Part shown: piece after piece, positions 63,267 to 64,000 of the stretch
Layout of the letters: the number at the start of each line of letters is the position of its first letter
How positions within the stretch are numbered: the first letter of the stretch is position 1
Source of the DNA: Alphaproteobacteria bacterium
GTDB lineage: Bacteria; Pseudomonadota; Alphaproteobacteria; UBA828
Assembly (NCBI GenBank): GCA_963422645.2
Contig: CAXXVO010000004.1
Location: forward strand, 1 to 64,000
Length of the DNA: 64,000 bases
Direction: 5' to 3'
Program-made: the position numbers and the translations under genes
The notes under the pieces: generated by a model
Database searches by the model: none
What the model saw: only the letters and a program-made list of their open reading frames with translations
Told to the model about the DNA's origin: nothing

Positions 63267-63542
63267 TCAGGAGCTCTTGGCACAGCCGGGACTTCGAGCG
63301 GCGGCGTCGCGGACCGCGCTTGCGCCCGCGCGCAGGACGGCCTCCGCCGCCCTGGGATCGATCTGGAACTCGCGGACGAACCGGTCCAGCGCTATTCCGT
63401 CCTCGAGCCAGTCGAAGAGCTGCTGCACGGGCAGGCGGGTGCCCCGGAAACAGGGGACTCCGCTCATGCGCGCAGGGTCCAGCCAGACCGCCTCTTCGAG
63501 CGACATGGGCGGCTCCGGCTCGGTCTTGGCAAGCGTCTTCAT
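63267..63542 (-). CDS. DUF433 protein (putative antitoxin)
   Basis: DPARMSGVPCFRGTRLPV motif. Confidence 0.88.
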   Translation of the reverse strand: MKTLAKTEPEPPMSLEEAVWLDPARMSGVPCFRGTRLPVQQLFDWLEDGIALDRFVREFQIDPRAAEAVLRAGASAVRDAAARSPGCAKSS

Positions 63543-63626
63543 GGCCGTCGCTGTGTGCGGGGCAGGAATTGGACCCCGAAAGCATACGCCCGAGCGTCCA
63601 AGTGTCAACGAATCCAATGAATTCCA

Positions 63627-63640
63627 GTAACTACCCAGGT
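63627..63640 (+). mobile_element. IS66-like terminal IR facing right
   Basis: GTAACTACCCAGGT, 13 of 14 identical to the IS66 TIR. Confidence 0.55.
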
Positions 63641-63778
63641 ACCCCGCCGCCAGTTCTGAGTGCGTGCTGATGTTGCTTGCCGTCGGTGCCGTTTCGCCGT
63701 CGGCGCGTCGTTGATCCCCGCTTGACTGTATAGGTTCTCTCGCCTATGGGTTGCACTCTCGCATGAGAGGAGCAGCCG

Positions 63779-64000
63779 GTGGGGTATTTCGGGTCGAAGG
63801 CGACGACCGGTCTGAGCCAGGCGCTGATTGCGCTGATGCCGCGGCACTCTGTCTATATCGAGAGCCATCTTGGGGGCGGGGCGCTGATGAAGCGCAAGCC
63901 TGCGGCCATGCGCTCGATCGGGATCGACCGCGACGAGCGGGCGCTTGAGGCCTTTGGCTGCGACTACCCGGTGGAGTTGGTGCACGGCTGCGCCCATTCC
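63779..64000 (+). CDS. DNA adenine methyltransferase (D12/Dam class), runs off the window; absent from the ORF track
   Basis: GTG after GAGGAG; MGYFGSKA...MPRHSVYIESHLGGGALM..K...IGID (motifs X and I). Confidence 0.82.
   Translation, partial: MGYFGSKATTGLSQALIALMPRHSVYIESHLGGGALMKRKPAAMRSIGIDRDERALEAFGCDYPVELVHGCAHS

Overview
High-GC proteobacterial accessory region (host assignment is inference) made largely of nested mobile DNA. 1-5212: a five-gene DDE transposon (Zn-ribbon ORF, IS481/Mu-like transposase, ExeA-type AAA+ ATPase, RecA-fold helicase, TOPRIM primase) sitting inside an IS66 remnant. 5342-20589: a probable amine catabolism block (PotABCD-like ABC transporter, enolase-superfamily enzyme, YrdC-like protein, gloA, Rieske oxygenase, Lrp regulator, GS-like ligase, alpha/beta hydrolase, hydantoinase/oxoprolinase A+B). 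21779-34952: an IS21 whose left end is split by an IS110 and whose genes carry seven ~31-nt palindromic micro-insertions. It is followed by a DUF4338-fused IS4 that contains a large-serine-recombinase element, itself hit by two more IS. 34944-42640: 5'-truncated sthA, GGCT-like gene, ubiA, intact IS4 and a hypothetical gene. 42640-54291: stack of truncated IS and a doubly interrupted RIT element. 54300-64000: mobilisable-element backbone (DUF2493, intact IS110 with readable bridge-RNA guides, MOBF relaxase-helicase, DUF433/PIN TA pair, DNA adenine methylase cut by the window end). The most unusual observations are the 31-nt micro-element family, an ORF that is completed only in the excised circle of the recombinase element, the primase/helicase-encoding transposon, and an IS110 whose non-coding end matches the IS21 terminus it sits in. 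All family calls come from motif recognition by eye; no database searches were run.
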